Positions 9,783-19,690 of a stretch of 52,534 bases of DNA are shown here, piece after piece. The first letter of the stretch is position 1. Each line of letters starts with the position of its first letter. The notes under the pieces were generated by a model. It searched no databases, was not told the origin of the DNA, and saw only the letters and a program-made list of their open reading frames with translations. Position numbers and translations under genes: made by a program. Source of the stretch: a virus (taxonomy: Duplodnaviria; Caudoviricetes); IMG/VR virus record IMGVR_UViG_3300010362_000021, positions 1-52,534 of that record. One strand, given 5' to 3'.

Positions 9783-10090
9783 GGGCAGGTCCGCTGCGCA
9801 CGCTCGTCGCGTTGTCGCGATCCCCGAAGCACCCCGACGACGACGACGGATTTTTCGAACCGCTCTCGCCGCCGCGGATGTGGGCGGCGATTCAACCGCA
9901 AGGCCCGATGGCGGACAGCCGCAACCTCTCGCATCTCGTGACGATGCGCTACCACCCGGGCGTGACGATGGATACCCGCATCGTCATCGGCAATGGCACG
10001 GCCGCACGGGAACTGTTCGTGCGGGCGGTGCAGGTCATCAACGACGCCAACGTCGAGATGCGACTGCTGTGCGAGGAGATCGTCAATTGA
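9779..10090 (+). CDS. Head-closure/adaptor protein (SPP1 gp16-like)
   Basis: MRAGPLR, WAAIQP, HLVTMRYHPGVTMDTRI, LLCEE; ATGA overlap. Confidence 0.85.
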   Translation: MRAGPLRTLVALSRSPKHPDDDDGFFEPLSPPRMWAAIQPQGPMADSRNLSHLVTMRYHPGVTMDTRIVIGNGTAARELFVRAVQVINDANVEMRLLCEEIVN

Positions 10091-10494
10091 CGGCCACCGT
10101 GCAGTGGATCGGGCTCGATGAATTCAAGCACGAGCTGCAGCAGATCCCCGACGACTTGGCGACCGACGGCGGCGGCATCGTCTCGGACATCGCCAACGTC
10201 GCCGAGTATCAAGTGCGGGCGAGCTATCCGTTTCGGTCGGGTCGACTGCAGCGCGGCGTCAACCTGCAGGAAAACATCAATCGCCTGACCGCCCGCGATG
10301 TCCTGCGCAGCTTGGCTCCGCATTCCCACCTCTACGAGCGAGGCACGGGTCGTCGGCAGAACGGGCGCGGCGCCAATCGTGGCGTGATGCCTGCCACGCC
10401 GACCGTCGTGCCCATTGCGATGCGCCTCCGCCAACAGATGTGGGCGCAGCTGATCGCCCTCGTGCGCGGCAAAGGGTTTGAGGTGTCGACGTGA
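10087..10494 (+). CDS. Neck/tail-completion protein (HK97 gp10-like)
   Basis: GLDEF, P..SGRLQRG, HLYERGT, MPATP; TTG start overlaps the previous stop. Confidence 0.8.
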   Translation: MTATVQWIGLDEFKHELQQIPDDLATDGGGIVSDIANVAEYQVRASYPFRSGRLQRGVNLQENINRLTARDVLRSLAPHSHLYERGTGRRQNGRGANRGVMPATPTVVPIAMRLRQQMWAQLIALVRGKGFEVST

Positions 10495-11609
10495 TCAGTT
10501 TCATCGTCCCCACCATCGGGCGCCCGTCGCTCTATCGCACCATTCACTCGATCCAGGCCACGCCAGATGACGAAGTGATCGTCGTCGGGGAGTCGTCGGA
10601 GGCCGAGGCGGTCGCCACCGTCACCGGCTGCCGCTTTGTGCAGTGTCCGCAGGGCCACGACTACGGGGCCGCAGAACGCACGGCAGGCATCGCCGCAGCG
10701 CGCGGGCATCACCTCGCGTTCATGGATGACGACGACATCTACCTGCCGCGCGCCCGCGCCTTGATGGCGGATGCCCTCGATACCGTCCCCGACAAACCGA
10801 TCTTGTTTCAGATGGTGTGGAACGACTGCGTGCTCTGGCGCGAGCCCACGCTGCGCTGCGGGAATGTCAGTTCGCAGATGATGCTGATCCCCAACGACCC
10901 CGCCAAGCTGGGACGCTGGGGCACGCGCTACGAGGGCGATTTCGATTTCCTCGCCACGATGCGCTGGGCGCCTTCCGAGATTGTGTGGTGCCCGGAAATC
11001 ATCGCGCACCTCCGTCCTGCCCCGCCCGTGATCCTGCAGCACCTGCCGCAAGGCTGGTTCCACCACGGCGTGCAGATCCTCGATCTGCTGAACATCCATC
11101 GCCCCCGTCGGTGCGTCGAACTCGGCTCGTGGCGAGGAGCCTCCGCACTAGCAATCACGCTCACGATTCGCGCATGGGGCGGCACGCTGACCTGCGTCGA
11201 TACGTGGATGGGGGCGGTGGCCTATGGCGGCACGCAGCTGGGGATTCCCGCGATGCTGCTCGAATGCGCCACCAACCTCGTCGCAGGTGGCGTCTCCTCC
11301 TCGATCCGTCTGGTCCCGTCGCTCACCACGACAGCCGCCGCCGCCTGGACGGATGGGCCCGTCGATTTTCTCTACGTCGATGCCGACCATTCGTACGAGT
11401 CGACGTATGCCGATCTACAGGCGTGGTGGCCGCACGTGCGCGTCGGCGGACTCGTCGCGGGCGACGACTACGACAACGTGATGTACCCGGGGGTCAAGCA
11501 GGCGTGGGATCAATTCGAACGCGATCACCACCAGCGGTTCCTGCGCGTGGCCACACCCGACACCGAGCCGCCCGGAATGAAGTTGGTCTTCGGAGTGAAG
11601 GCCGCATGA
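10491..11609 (+). CDS. GT2 (GT-A) glycosyltransferase fused to class I SAM methyltransferase
   Basis: ISFIVPTIGR, LAFMDDDD (DxD), EGDFDF; C-terminal VELGSWRGAS, CVDTW, FLYVDADHSYE, GGLVAGDDY. Confidence 0.85.
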   Translation: MISFIVPTIGRPSLYRTIHSIQATPDDEVIVVGESSEAEAVATVTGCRFVQCPQGHDYGAAERTAGIAAARGHHLAFMDDDDIYLPRARALMADALDTVPDKPILFQMVWNDCVLWREPTLRCGNVSSQMMLIPNDPAKLGRWGTRYEGDFDFLATMRWAPSEIVWCPEIIAHLRPAPPVILQHLPQGWFHHGVQILDLLNIHRPRRCVELGSWRGASALAITLTIRAWGGTLTCVDTWMGAVAYGGTQLGIPAMLLECATNLVAGGVSSSIRLVPSLTTTAAAAWTDGPVDFLYVDADHSYESTYADLQAWWPHVRVGGLVAGDDYDNVMYPGVKQAWDQFERDHHQRFLRVATPDTEPPGMKLVFGVKAA

Positions 11610-12685
11610 GCAGTCGGCCGTTACGTCTGCTGCTCGTGCATCCCGGGGCGACGTGGTCCACTGCCGACGTCGAGGCGGGCCTGCGCTACGGCCTGAAGGC
11701 CCACGGCGTCGACCTCGTGCCGTACCGCCTCGACCAGCGCATCGACTTCGCCGGAAAGATGCTCCACGTGATGTGGCGCAAAAAGAAGAAGGCACAGCCC
11801 GACCTGCCGAAACCGAACACCGCCGACATCATGTATCAGGCGGGCATCGGCGCTCTCGAAATGGCGCTGCGCCATCAAGCCGACGTCGTGCTGATCGTCA
11901 GCGCGATGCTGATGCATCCCGACGTCGTCGTGATGATGAAGCGCGCGGGCCTCACCGTCACGATCCTCTTCACCGAGTCGCCCTATGACCGGGAGCAGGA
12001 ACTCGCCATGGCGGCGCGCGTGGATGGCTGCTGGACCAACGAGCGGGCGTGCGTCCCAGATTTTCTGGCGGTCAACAAACGCTCGGGCTACTTGCCACAC
12101 GCGTGGCATCCGGAGCGGCACTACCTCGCAAGCCAGCTGGTCGACGGCGTGCCCGGGCACGATGTCGTCTTCGTCGGATCCGGCTTTGCCGAACGCATCG
12201 ACTGGTTCAACGCCATCGATTGGACGGGGATCGACCTTGGGCTCTATGGCACGTGGAAGGCGTTAGGCCTCAAACGACAGGTGCGCGCGTGCGTGCGCGA
12301 CGAGCAGATCAATAACGAATTCGCCGCGGCCCTGTACCGCCGCGCCAAGATCGGCCTGAACCTCTATCGCACCTCCCGCAATCGGGGCGTGCCCACCCGT
12401 CCCGGGGAATCCCTCAGCCCGCGCGCCTATGAACTCGCGGCGTGCGGCGCCTTTCATCTCAGCGAGTACCGCGCCGAAGTGCGCGAAGTGTTCGGGGCCC
12501 TCGTGCCAACGTTCGCGACCCCGAGTGAAGCCGCAGACCTGATCCGCCACTGGCTCCCGAAGGCTGAGGAGCGACGACGGATCGCTGCGCAATTACCGGC
12601 CTGCGTGGCCGAGGCCTCATGGGTGGAACGAGCCAAGACCGTGCTCGGTGACCTGCGAGTGCTCGTGAACCAACGGGCCGCGTAG
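11606..12685 (+). CDS. GT-B glycosyltransferase, CgeB-like
   Basis: TESPY, YLPHAW, DVVFVGS, YRRAKIGLNLYR, SPRAYELAACGAF. Confidence 0.85.
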   Translation: MSSRPLRLLLVHPGATWSTADVEAGLRYGLKAHGVDLVPYRLDQRIDFAGKMLHVMWRKKKKAQPDLPKPNTADIMYQAGIGALEMALRHQADVVLIVSAMLMHPDVVVMMKRAGLTVTILFTESPYDREQELAMAARVDGCWTNERACVPDFLAVNKRSGYLPHAWHPERHYLASQLVDGVPGHDVVFVGSGFAERIDWFNAIDWTGIDLGLYGTWKALGLKRQVRACVRDEQINNEFAAALYRRAKIGLNLYRTSRNRGVPTRPGESLSPRAYELAACGAFHLSEYRAEVREVFGALVPTFATPSEAADLIRHWLPKAEERRRIAAQLPACVAEASWVERAKTVLGDLRVLVNQRAA

Positions 12686-12708
12686 CGCGCGGCGGAAAGC
12701 AGGCTGTC

Positions 12709-13104
12709 ATGAGTGTGTATGCGGGTCGCAAAGGCGTCGTCTACATCTCGACGACGGGATCAGGCACGGCCACCAACGTCCTCAAGTTGAACACGTGGAC
12801 GCTCGATTCCTCGACCGACAAGATCGACGTCACGTCCTTCGGCGATGCGAACAAAACGTACGTGCAAGGACTGAAGGACATCAAGGGCACCATCGCGGGC
12901 TTCTTCGATGACACGGAATCGAAACCGTTCGTCGCCGCGGATTCCGCCGACGGCTGCCGCATGTATCTCTATCCCTCCGCCGATGCGCCGACCAAGTACT
13001 GGTACGGGCCCGCGTGGTTGGACATGTCGATCAATACCGGCGTGGCCGGGGCAGTGACCATCGCGGGCTCGTTCGCCGCGAACGGTTCGTGGGGTCGCTT
13101 CTAG
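12709..13104 (+). CDS. Major tail tube protein
   Basis: GRKGVVY, WTLD....IDVTSFGD..KTYVQGLKD; beta-rich; precedes TAC and tape measure. Confidence 0.85.
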   Translation: MSVYAGRKGVVYISTTGSGTATNVLKLNTWTLDSSTDKIDVTSFGDANKTYVQGLKDIKGTIAGFFDDTESKPFVAADSADGCRMYLYPSADAPTKYWYGPAWLDMSINTGVAGAVTIAGSFAANGSWGRF

Positions 13105-13119
13105 AGCGATGGGTGTGCC

Positions 13120-13383
13120 ATGGCCCATCGCGTGGAAATTCGCGGAGCCGACGGCGAACTGCGCTGGGGTTATCAGCGAGCCGTCGCGCTCCGTGATTTC
13201 CATGTGACCCGTGAACCCACGGGTGGCTGGTCGCTGACCGGCACCATCGCCCACCGAGACGACTACGCGGTCACGCAGGGGCCGCTGGTCTTTTGCATTC
13301 CAGGCCGCGGCTGGCGCTGGGATGTCATCACCCTGCAGGTCGCGGACAGCACGCTGACAGCGGTGCTGGGTCCGCAGATGTGA
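13120..13383 (+). CDS. Hypothetical tail-region protein
   Basis: 87 aa beta-rich ORF filling the gap in the tail operon. Confidence 0.6.
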   Translation: MAHRVEIRGADGELRWGYQRAVALRDFHVTREPTGGWSLTGTIAHRDDYAVTQGPLVFCIPGRGWRWDVITLQVADSTLTAVLGPQM

Positions 13384-13392
13384 GGCACCACC

Positions 13393-13794
13393 GTGGGACG
13401 CAATCGTTTTGTCAAACCGCTGATCGACCGGCTGCCGCTCTCAGACGGTGACTGGATCGACGTCAAGCACGAACTCAACGCGGGCGAGGTGCGCCGCGTC
13501 TTCACCGAAATGATCCGAGAGCAGCGGGCCGGATCGGTGGCGGTGATCAACCCCGAACGGGTCGGCATCACCAAGATGCTTGCCTATATCGTCGCGTGGT
13601 CCTTCATGGATGACAACGGGCCGGTCCCGTTCAGTGAAGCGGCGCTGACGCATCTCGACCAAGACACCTTCCGCGAAATCATGGATGCCGTGGACGCGCA
13701 CGAAACGCGCACGGACGAAGAACGCGAAGAACGAAAAAAAAAGACGGCTGGCGAGAAGCCATCATCAGTGACCTCGCTTGCTGCCGTTTCATGA
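13393..13794 (+). CDS. Tail assembly chaperone (G form)
   Basis: Position before the tape measure gene; IVAWSF, ends ERKKK over an A9 run. Confidence 0.8.
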   Translation: MGRNRFVKPLIDRLPLSDGDWIDVKHELNAGEVRRVFTEMIREQRAGSVAVINPERVGITKMLAYIVAWSFMDDNGPVPFSEAALTHLDQDTFREIMDAVDAHETRTDEEREERKKKTAGEKPSSVTSLAAVS

Positions 13795-13895
13795 ACGGTT
13801 GGCGCTACGAGTGGATCGCCTCCCTGCCCCGTGACGTCTACGACGTCCTGATCGAAGAGATGCAACGCGCTGCTGACGAAGCTCGGACGCACTAA
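13393..13895 (+). CDS. Tail assembly chaperone GT form via programmed -1 frameshift at A_AAA_AAG (13737-13743)
   Basis: -1 frame reads DGWREAIISDLACCRFMNGWRYEWIASLPRDVYDVLIEEMQRAADEARTH to TAA at 13893-13895, directly before the tape measure ATG. Confidence 0.8.
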
Positions 13896-16800
13896 ATGGC
13901 TGTCACCGCCAAATTCATCGCCGACTTTTCCACCTTTCAGGACGGGGTGCAGAAGGCCGTCATCCAGCTGGATAAATTCCAGGGCGAAGTCGATCAGGTC
14001 GCCAAGTCGCTGACGAAGATGGGGAACCAGTTCAACGGTTCCAAGATCATCGCGGACGCCACGTTGATGGCCGAGGCGATCAAACGCATCGGGGGCGTCT
14101 CCACCCTGACCGAACGGGAACTCCAGCAGGTCGGGGATGCTGCGCAAGAAGCCGTGGCCAAATTCCACGCCCTCGGCAAGGAAGTCCCCGACGACATTCA
14201 AAAGCTGGCGGACTCGATCAATGCCGTGCAGCGCGGCATTCAGGCGGTCGGCGCGTCGGGCGCCGACAACTTCCAGAAAGTCGGCGCGGCGATCAAGGAC
14301 ATGGGCCCGGGCACATCGGCCCTCGGCGGCTGGTTCGATGAACTCGGCCAGCACGTCCTCGCCACCGCCGCAGGCATGGTGTCGGCGCAGGCGGCGATCA
14401 ATCTCGTCTCCGGGGCCTTCAGCAGCGCGGTGGGGTTCATCAAGGATTCGGTCAAAGCGTACGCAGACGCGGAGCTGGGCCAAAAGAAATTGACGGTGGC
14501 GATGCAGGCGCAGGGCACGGCCACGCCGGCGGCGATTGACGCCTACGCCAAACTCGCGAAGCAGTTTCAGGATACGACCGGATTCAGTAACGGCCTGATC
14601 ACCAAGATGGAGACGTTGCTCATAGAAGTGGGCGACGTCATGCCCAGCAAGATGGAGGCGGCACTGAAGGCCTCCACCGATCTGGCCGCAGGCCTCGGGG
14701 TCGATCTCGAAACCGCCACCAATCTCGTCGCGAAGGCCGCAGCGGGCCACACCGAGGCCCTTGCCAAGTACGGCATCACGGTCGACGCCGCCACTGCGAA
14801 ATCGCACGGACTCTCCAGCGTGCTGGACGCCATCAATACCCGATTCGGCGGGCAGGCGGCGGCGCAGATGGAGACCTATGCGGGGCAGGTGGAAAAGGTC
14901 AAGAACGCATGGAGCGATCTGCAGGAGAACGTCGGGCGGGCCATCGCCAACGACCCGCTCGTCGTGGCGGGGTTGCGCGCCATCAGTGAGGCGGCGGACA
15001 AGGCGAAGAACTCCAGCGAGTCGTTTGGGGTCAGCCTCAAAAGTGTGTACGAGCACATCCCGGTCGCGGGGCCGCTCTTCGCCAAACTGGTCGAGTACTA
15101 CGAGAACCAAGCGAAGGCGGCGAACGAGGCCGCCGCGGCCCAAGAACGCCTCAACGCGGCGCAGAAGGCGGGCGCGATTGGGCCGGTCCCCTCACACGCC
15201 ATCACGACCATGCCCGCGGCCGTCAGTCACGACAAAGACGAGGCCGCGCAGTACCTGAAAGAACAGGAAGCGATCTACAAGTCGATTCAGGCGCGGATCG
15301 ATGACCTGAAGAACCAGTCGATGGTCCCGCTCAGCAACTTTCAGAAGGGCCTCATCGACCAGCTGTATGCCTTGGGCGAGGCCGAAGGCAAAATCGCGCC
15401 GCTCTTCAAAGGCAACGAAGTCGCCGCCCAGGCCTACGTCGATCAACTCAAGAAACTCACCGAGGAACACAAGAAGCACCTCGACGCCGTCGGCAAAGTG
15501 AAAGACGCCGAGGCGGATTTCGGGAAGACGCTGCAGACGGTCGATACCGCGACGCAAAAACGCGTGGCGAATCTGCTGAACCAGAAGGTGGCAGAGAAAG
15601 ACATCGCCGATGCGTTGGGGCTGACGGAACGACAGGTTCACGCCGTCGCGCAAGCGGAGCAGATGCACGCCGACTTGATGAAGATCGAAGGCGGCGCGAC
15701 CCGCGATCTGTCGGCAGCGGTCAAAGACCTGCAGGGCGATCAAACGAATGAAATCGGGAGACTCAAAGAGTGGAACGCCGCCTTAGAGGATCACGCCTCG
15801 ATGGTGCGGAAGCTGATCGAGATGGAGAGCAACCATCCGCTCTCCAACCTCTCGATGGTGGGCACGGTGCGCGGCCCCTTGACCGACGAGCAGGTCAAGA
15901 TGCTGCGGGACTACAACAAGGAACTCGACATCAGCGCCATCAAGGCGAAGGCTGCCGCCGATGCCATGGTGCAGTTCGCCCAAATTGGTGGACAGCAAAT
16001 CGGCACCGCGGCCCAGCAGATCGGCGCGGTCGCGTTGGCGTGGAATGCGGCCTCCACCGCGGTCGCGAAATACGGCGCGGACTCAGAGCAGGCCGCAGCC
16101 GCTCAAGGCGCCCTCACCGGCTCGATCATCGGCGGCATCACCGCAGGCATCACGATGCTCATCAGCGCCTACACCAGTGCGCTGGACAAACAGGTGGAGC
16201 TGTCGAATCAGCTGTTCCAATTCAAACAGGACGCGACCGACGCCTTCAACGCGGCGGTCGATGCCCTCGGTGGGTATTCGCAGGCGCTGATCGATGCGGT
16301 GATGAATGCGAAGACCCTCGCGGAGGCGCAGAAGGCGCTGAAGGAACTGCAAGCGACCACCAAGCTCGCGCAGGAAGCCTCGCAAAAGTATGGGCCCTCG
16401 GCCGACGACCTGATCACCGCCTACAAGCACGCACAGGCGGTCTACCAATTGATGATCGACACCGGGGGCTACACCGCGGACCAGCTCCGCAAAGCGGCGG
16501 CGGATTTGGACGCGGCAGGCGTGCGACTGGCGGGTCGGGTCGCGATGAAGAACGGCGACGTGATCACGGATGCGGAACGGGCCGCTGCCGCGGCGCAGGA
16601 TCTGGCCGACCAAGCGACGGCGGCGGGCTATCAGACGGTCGCCGCGATGCAGGAATCCGCGACGCAAGCAGAAAAGCTCTACGAGTTCATGCGCGACTCC
16701 GGACAGTACACCGCTGCGCAGGTCGCGGACGCCTTCGACAAAGCGCAGAAGGCGCAGGAAGCGGCCCTCGGACAGGATTCGAAAGCCATCGATGATCTGA

Positions 16801-17447
16801 AAGCGAAATACAAATCGCTCGCGGATTCGGTCTCGCAGGAGGCGCCCGAAGAAGTGATGGGCGTGATCGAAACGCAGATGCGCGGCCAGATGGCAGCCCT
16901 AGACGCGCAGATCAAAGCGGCGCAGGACTCCACGGCGTCATCGATGGCGTCGACCATGAACGACACGACGGAGGTGGTCGGCAAACACACCACGGACATC
17001 TTCAACGACGTCGGGGTGCGGATTAAGGACGTCTCGGTGCAGGCCGCGGACGATATGACCACCGCCGCAAAGATGATGGGCTCCGACTTCGCGGACCAAG
17101 GGCAGAAGGCGGCGAAGGCTGTCAGCGACAGTTTCGCGGGCCTCACCATCCACATTCCGATTGTCTGGGACGTGCCCCCGTTGCCCGGGCCCGTCTCCCT
17201 GACCCCGACGCCCATCAAGATGGCCGCGGGCGGATTCGGCTATGCCTCGGGCCCGATGCTGTTCTCCACGCAGGGCCACGAATTCTTCGCGTTCAGTGGC
17301 GAGGGCCAAACCTTCACCTCCCCGCTCGGGAAGGCGGCGCCGCCCATCAATCTCGCGGAACTGACCCGCGCCCTCGCCGAACGGGATGACATGCACATCG
17401 CGTCGCTGCGACGCGTGCTCCGCGACGCCTCCATGAGTGCGCTGTGA
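13896..17447 (+). CDS. Tail tape measure protein
   Basis: 1183 aa, Ala-rich helical; VTAKFIADFSTF start, DLAAGLGVDL, MAAGG near the C-terminus. Confidence 0.93.
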   Translation: MAVTAKFIADFSTFQDGVQKAVIQLDKFQGEVDQVAKSLTKMGNQFNGSKIIADATLMAEAIKRIGGVSTLTERELQQVGDAAQEAVAKFHALGKEVPDDIQKLADSINAVQRGIQAVGASGADNFQKVGAAIKDMGPGTSALGGWFDELGQHVLATAAGMVSAQAAINLVSGAFSSAVGFIKDSVKAYADAELGQKKLTVAMQAQGTATPAAIDAYAKLAKQFQDTTGFSNGLITKMETLLIEVGDVMPSKMEAALKASTDLAAGLGVDLETATNLVAKAAAGHTEALAKYGITVDAATAKSHGLSSVLDAINTRFGGQAAAQMETYAGQVEKVKNAWSDLQENVGRAIANDPLVVAGLRAISEAADKAKNSSESFGVSLKSVYEHIPVAGPLFAKLVEYYENQAKAANEAAAAQERLNAAQKAGAIGPVPSHAITTMPAAVSHDKDEAAQYLKEQEAIYKSIQARIDDLKNQSMVPLSNFQKGLIDQLYALGEAEGKIAPLFKGNEVAAQAYVDQLKKLTEEHKKHLDAVGKVKDAEADFGKTLQTVDTATQKRVANLLNQKVAEKDIADALGLTERQVHAVAQAEQMHADLMKIEGGATRDLSAAVKDLQGDQTNEIGRLKEWNAALEDHASMVRKLIEMESNHPLSNLSMVGTVRGPLTDEQVKMLRDYNKELDISAIKAKAAADAMVQFAQIGGQQIGTAAQQIGAVALAWNAASTAVAKYGADSEQAAAAQGALTGSIIGGITAGITMLISAYTSALDKQVELSNQLFQFKQDATDAFNAAVDALGGYSQALIDAVMNAKTLAEAQKALKELQATTKLAQEASQKYGPSADDLITAYKHAQAVYQLMIDTGGYTADQLRKAAADLDAAGVRLAGRVAMKNGDVITDAERAAAAAQDLADQATAAGYQTVAAMQESATQAEKLYEFMRDSGQYTAAQVADAFDKAQKAQEAALGQDSKAIDDLKAKYKSLADSVSQEAPEEVMGVIETQMRGQMAALDAQIKAAQDSTASSMASTMNDTTEVVGKHTTDIFNDVGVRIKDVSVQAADDMTTAAKMMGSDFADQGQKAAKAVSDSFAGLTIHIPIVWDVPPLPGPVSLTPTPIKMAAGGFGYASGPMLFSTQGHEFFAFSGEGQTFTSPLGKAAPPINLAELTRALAERDDMHIASLRRVLRDASMSAL

Positions 17448-19690
17448 GTCTCGTCGCGTCCGTCGAGATGGAATTCAGCGGACGAGGCAACGGGTGGACG
17501 GCCGTCACCGACGTGCTCAGTTCGGACACGTTGACGGCCAGCGGCGGCATGACCAGTGGGAACGTGCGCGAACGCGTCGCCGCCACCGGGGAGATGTCCT
17601 TTGCGCTGAATAACTCGGCGCAGAACTCGGCGCACCTGCTCGGGTACTACAGCCCCGGTCATGCGAACTGTCGCACAGGCTTCAGCATCGGGATCGGCGT
17701 GCGTTTGCAGGCCACCGTCGGCGCCACGACGAAGACGCTCTTCCTCGGACGCATTGACATCATCAAGCCGGTGGCCGGGATCCATGGGCAACGCCGCACC
17801 TATGTGACCGCCGTCGACTATCTCGATGAACTCGCGCAGTCGCAGCTGCACGGCCTCGCGGTGCAAATCGATCAATTTCCAGGCGACGTCTTCACCACCA
17901 TCATCAATAGTTTGCCGCGGCAACCCCGGGCCCTCGAAGTCGATCAAGGCGTCGATGCGATGGCGTACTCGCTCGACAGCGCCCGCGATGAATCGCAAAC
18001 CGCGATGGCGGAAGCGGCGAAGCTCGCGGGCAGCGAACACGGGTTCATCTATCAGAAGGGCGATGGGACGCTGACGTTCGAAGGCCGCAGTCGGCGCGCG
18101 AATAAGCGCACGAACCTCGCGACCTTTGTCGACATGACCGCCCTCGATCTGACCTACCAGCGCGACCGCACGCTCAACGATGTGCAGGTCACGGTGCATC
18201 CGAAACGCGCCGATAGCGCCGCGACGACAGTGCTCGCGTCGCTCCAGAGTGCGACCCAGATCGTCCCCGGCCAAACCTTCACGTGGCTCAGCCCCTATCG
18301 CGACCCGCAACAGATCGCCGCTCGCGTGGGCGGGACCGATATGCAGACGCCGGTCGCGAGTACCGACTATGTCATGAACGGGGCACAGGATGGGACGGGC
18401 GCGAACCTCACGGCCTCGTGCTCCATCGTCGCCAACTTCGGCGGCAATGGCGTGCGCCTGGAAGTGACGAACACCGGCACCGTCGATGGCTGGATTGGGG
18501 GGACCGCGGGCATCTTTCAAGTGCGCGGACGCGGGCTCTACGACTTCGAGAACGTGATCCTCGAAGAGCAAGACGACACCTCACAGGCCGCAATTGGCGT
18601 CGTCACGGTCGCCCTCGACATGCCGTATCAGTCGCGCCTCGACGTCGGCGCTGAGATTGCGCTCTACGTCCTCCAGACGCAGACGGCGCCCTTCGCGACG
18701 ATTGATCGCATGGCGTTTATGGCGTCGACCACCACGCTGCAGCAGCAGGTCGTGCTGCGGGAAATCGGCGACCGCATCGGATTGCAGGAGACGGTGACCG
18801 GCATCGATGCGAGCGGCGCGGTGCCACGCGGGTATTTCATTCAGGGCAAACGCTACAGCCTCCTGCAAAACGTCATGAGCGTCGAGTTCGTGCTGGCGAT
18901 TGCCGACAACACGGCGTATTGGCTGCTGGAGATTGCGGGGTTCAGCGAAGTCGAACAAACGACGGTGTTGGGCTTCGGGCTCATCGTCGGTCACGCGGAC
19001 ATTGCCCATGGCGACGCCGCGCCCGTCTCCCATGGGGACGTGGCGCACAGCGACATCGCGCACGGCGATTCGTTGCACATCGATGCCTCGCATGGGGACG
19101 TGGCGCACAGCGATGTCGCCCATAGCGACACCGCCCACGGGGACGTCGCCCACAGCGACACCGCCCACACCGACGTCGCCCACGTCGATAGCTCGCACCA
19201 CGACGACCATAACGATGCCGCCGGCGGGCACAACGACACGGGTGGCGGGCGCACGCACACCGACGTCGCGCACGGCGATGTCTCGCATGGCGATCAGGCG
19301 CACGGCGACTTCGGCAGCGGCAACTACAACCACACGGACGGCGCCTCCCACGGTGACGTGCCCAACCACACGGATGGGTTCGAACACATGGATGCGGGCA
19401 ACTATTTCAACAGCACGCCGCACACCGATGTGGCGCACACCGACACCGCCCACGGCGATAACACGCACGAAGACTTCGCCGACCATACCGACTCGGCGCA
19501 CAGCGATGTCGCCCACGTCGACACGCACACCGACGCCGCGCATAGCGATGTGACCCATGCGGACGTGGCGCACGTCGACAATTCCACGCACGGGGATCAA
19601 GCCGCGGTGAACACCTCTCACAGCGACGTCGATCACACGGATATTCCGGCCTCGCCGCACATTGATTCCGCCCACGGAGATGCGAATTGA
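17444..19690 (+). CDS. Tail tip/baseplate-type minor tail protein with C-terminal His-x-Asp repeat tail
   Basis: Directly after the tape measure gene; beta-rich first ~515 aa (GEMSFALNN, EHGFIYQKGDGTLTFEGR); last ~232 aa are HxD repeats. Confidence 0.85.
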   Translation: MSLVASVEMEFSGRGNGWTAVTDVLSSDTLTASGGMTSGNVRERVAATGEMSFALNNSAQNSAHLLGYYSPGHANCRTGFSIGIGVRLQATVGATTKTLFLGRIDIIKPVAGIHGQRRTYVTAVDYLDELAQSQLHGLAVQIDQFPGDVFTTIINSLPRQPRALEVDQGVDAMAYSLDSARDESQTAMAEAAKLAGSEHGFIYQKGDGTLTFEGRSRRANKRTNLATFVDMTALDLTYQRDRTLNDVQVTVHPKRADSAATTVLASLQSATQIVPGQTFTWLSPYRDPQQIAARVGGTDMQTPVASTDYVMNGAQDGTGANLTASCSIVANFGGNGVRLEVTNTGTVDGWIGGTAGIFQVRGRGLYDFENVILEEQDDTSQAAIGVVTVALDMPYQSRLDVGAEIALYVLQTQTAPFATIDRMAFMASTTTLQQQVVLREIGDRIGLQETVTGIDASGAVPRGYFIQGKRYSLLQNVMSVEFVLAIADNTAYWLLEIAGFSEVEQTTVLGFGLIVGHADIAHGDAAPVSHGDVAHSDIAHGDSLHIDASHGDVAHSDVAHSDTAHGDVAHSDTAHTDVAHVDSSHHDDHNDAAGGHNDTGGGRTHTDVAHGDVSHGDQAHGDFGSGNYNHTDGASHGDVPNHTDGFEHMDAGNYFNSTPHTDVAHTDTAHGDNTHEDFADHTDSAHSDVAHVDTHTDAAHSDVTHADVAHVDNSTHGDQAAVNTSHSDVDHTDIPASPHIDSAHGDAN
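18992..19690 (+). repeat. Coding repeat of about 40 H-x-D motifs, mostly 5-residue period (HGDVA/HSDVA/HTDVA)
   Basis: Counted in the translation; every His in the tract has Asp at +2; codons are diverged. Confidence 0.97.

Noticed and set aside
18992-19690. His/Asp repeat DNA as a CRISPR array, DGR repeat or simple tandem repeat
   Set aside because: The repeat is conserved at protein level with varied codons; there are no constant repeats with spacers, and no cas or reverse transcriptase gene
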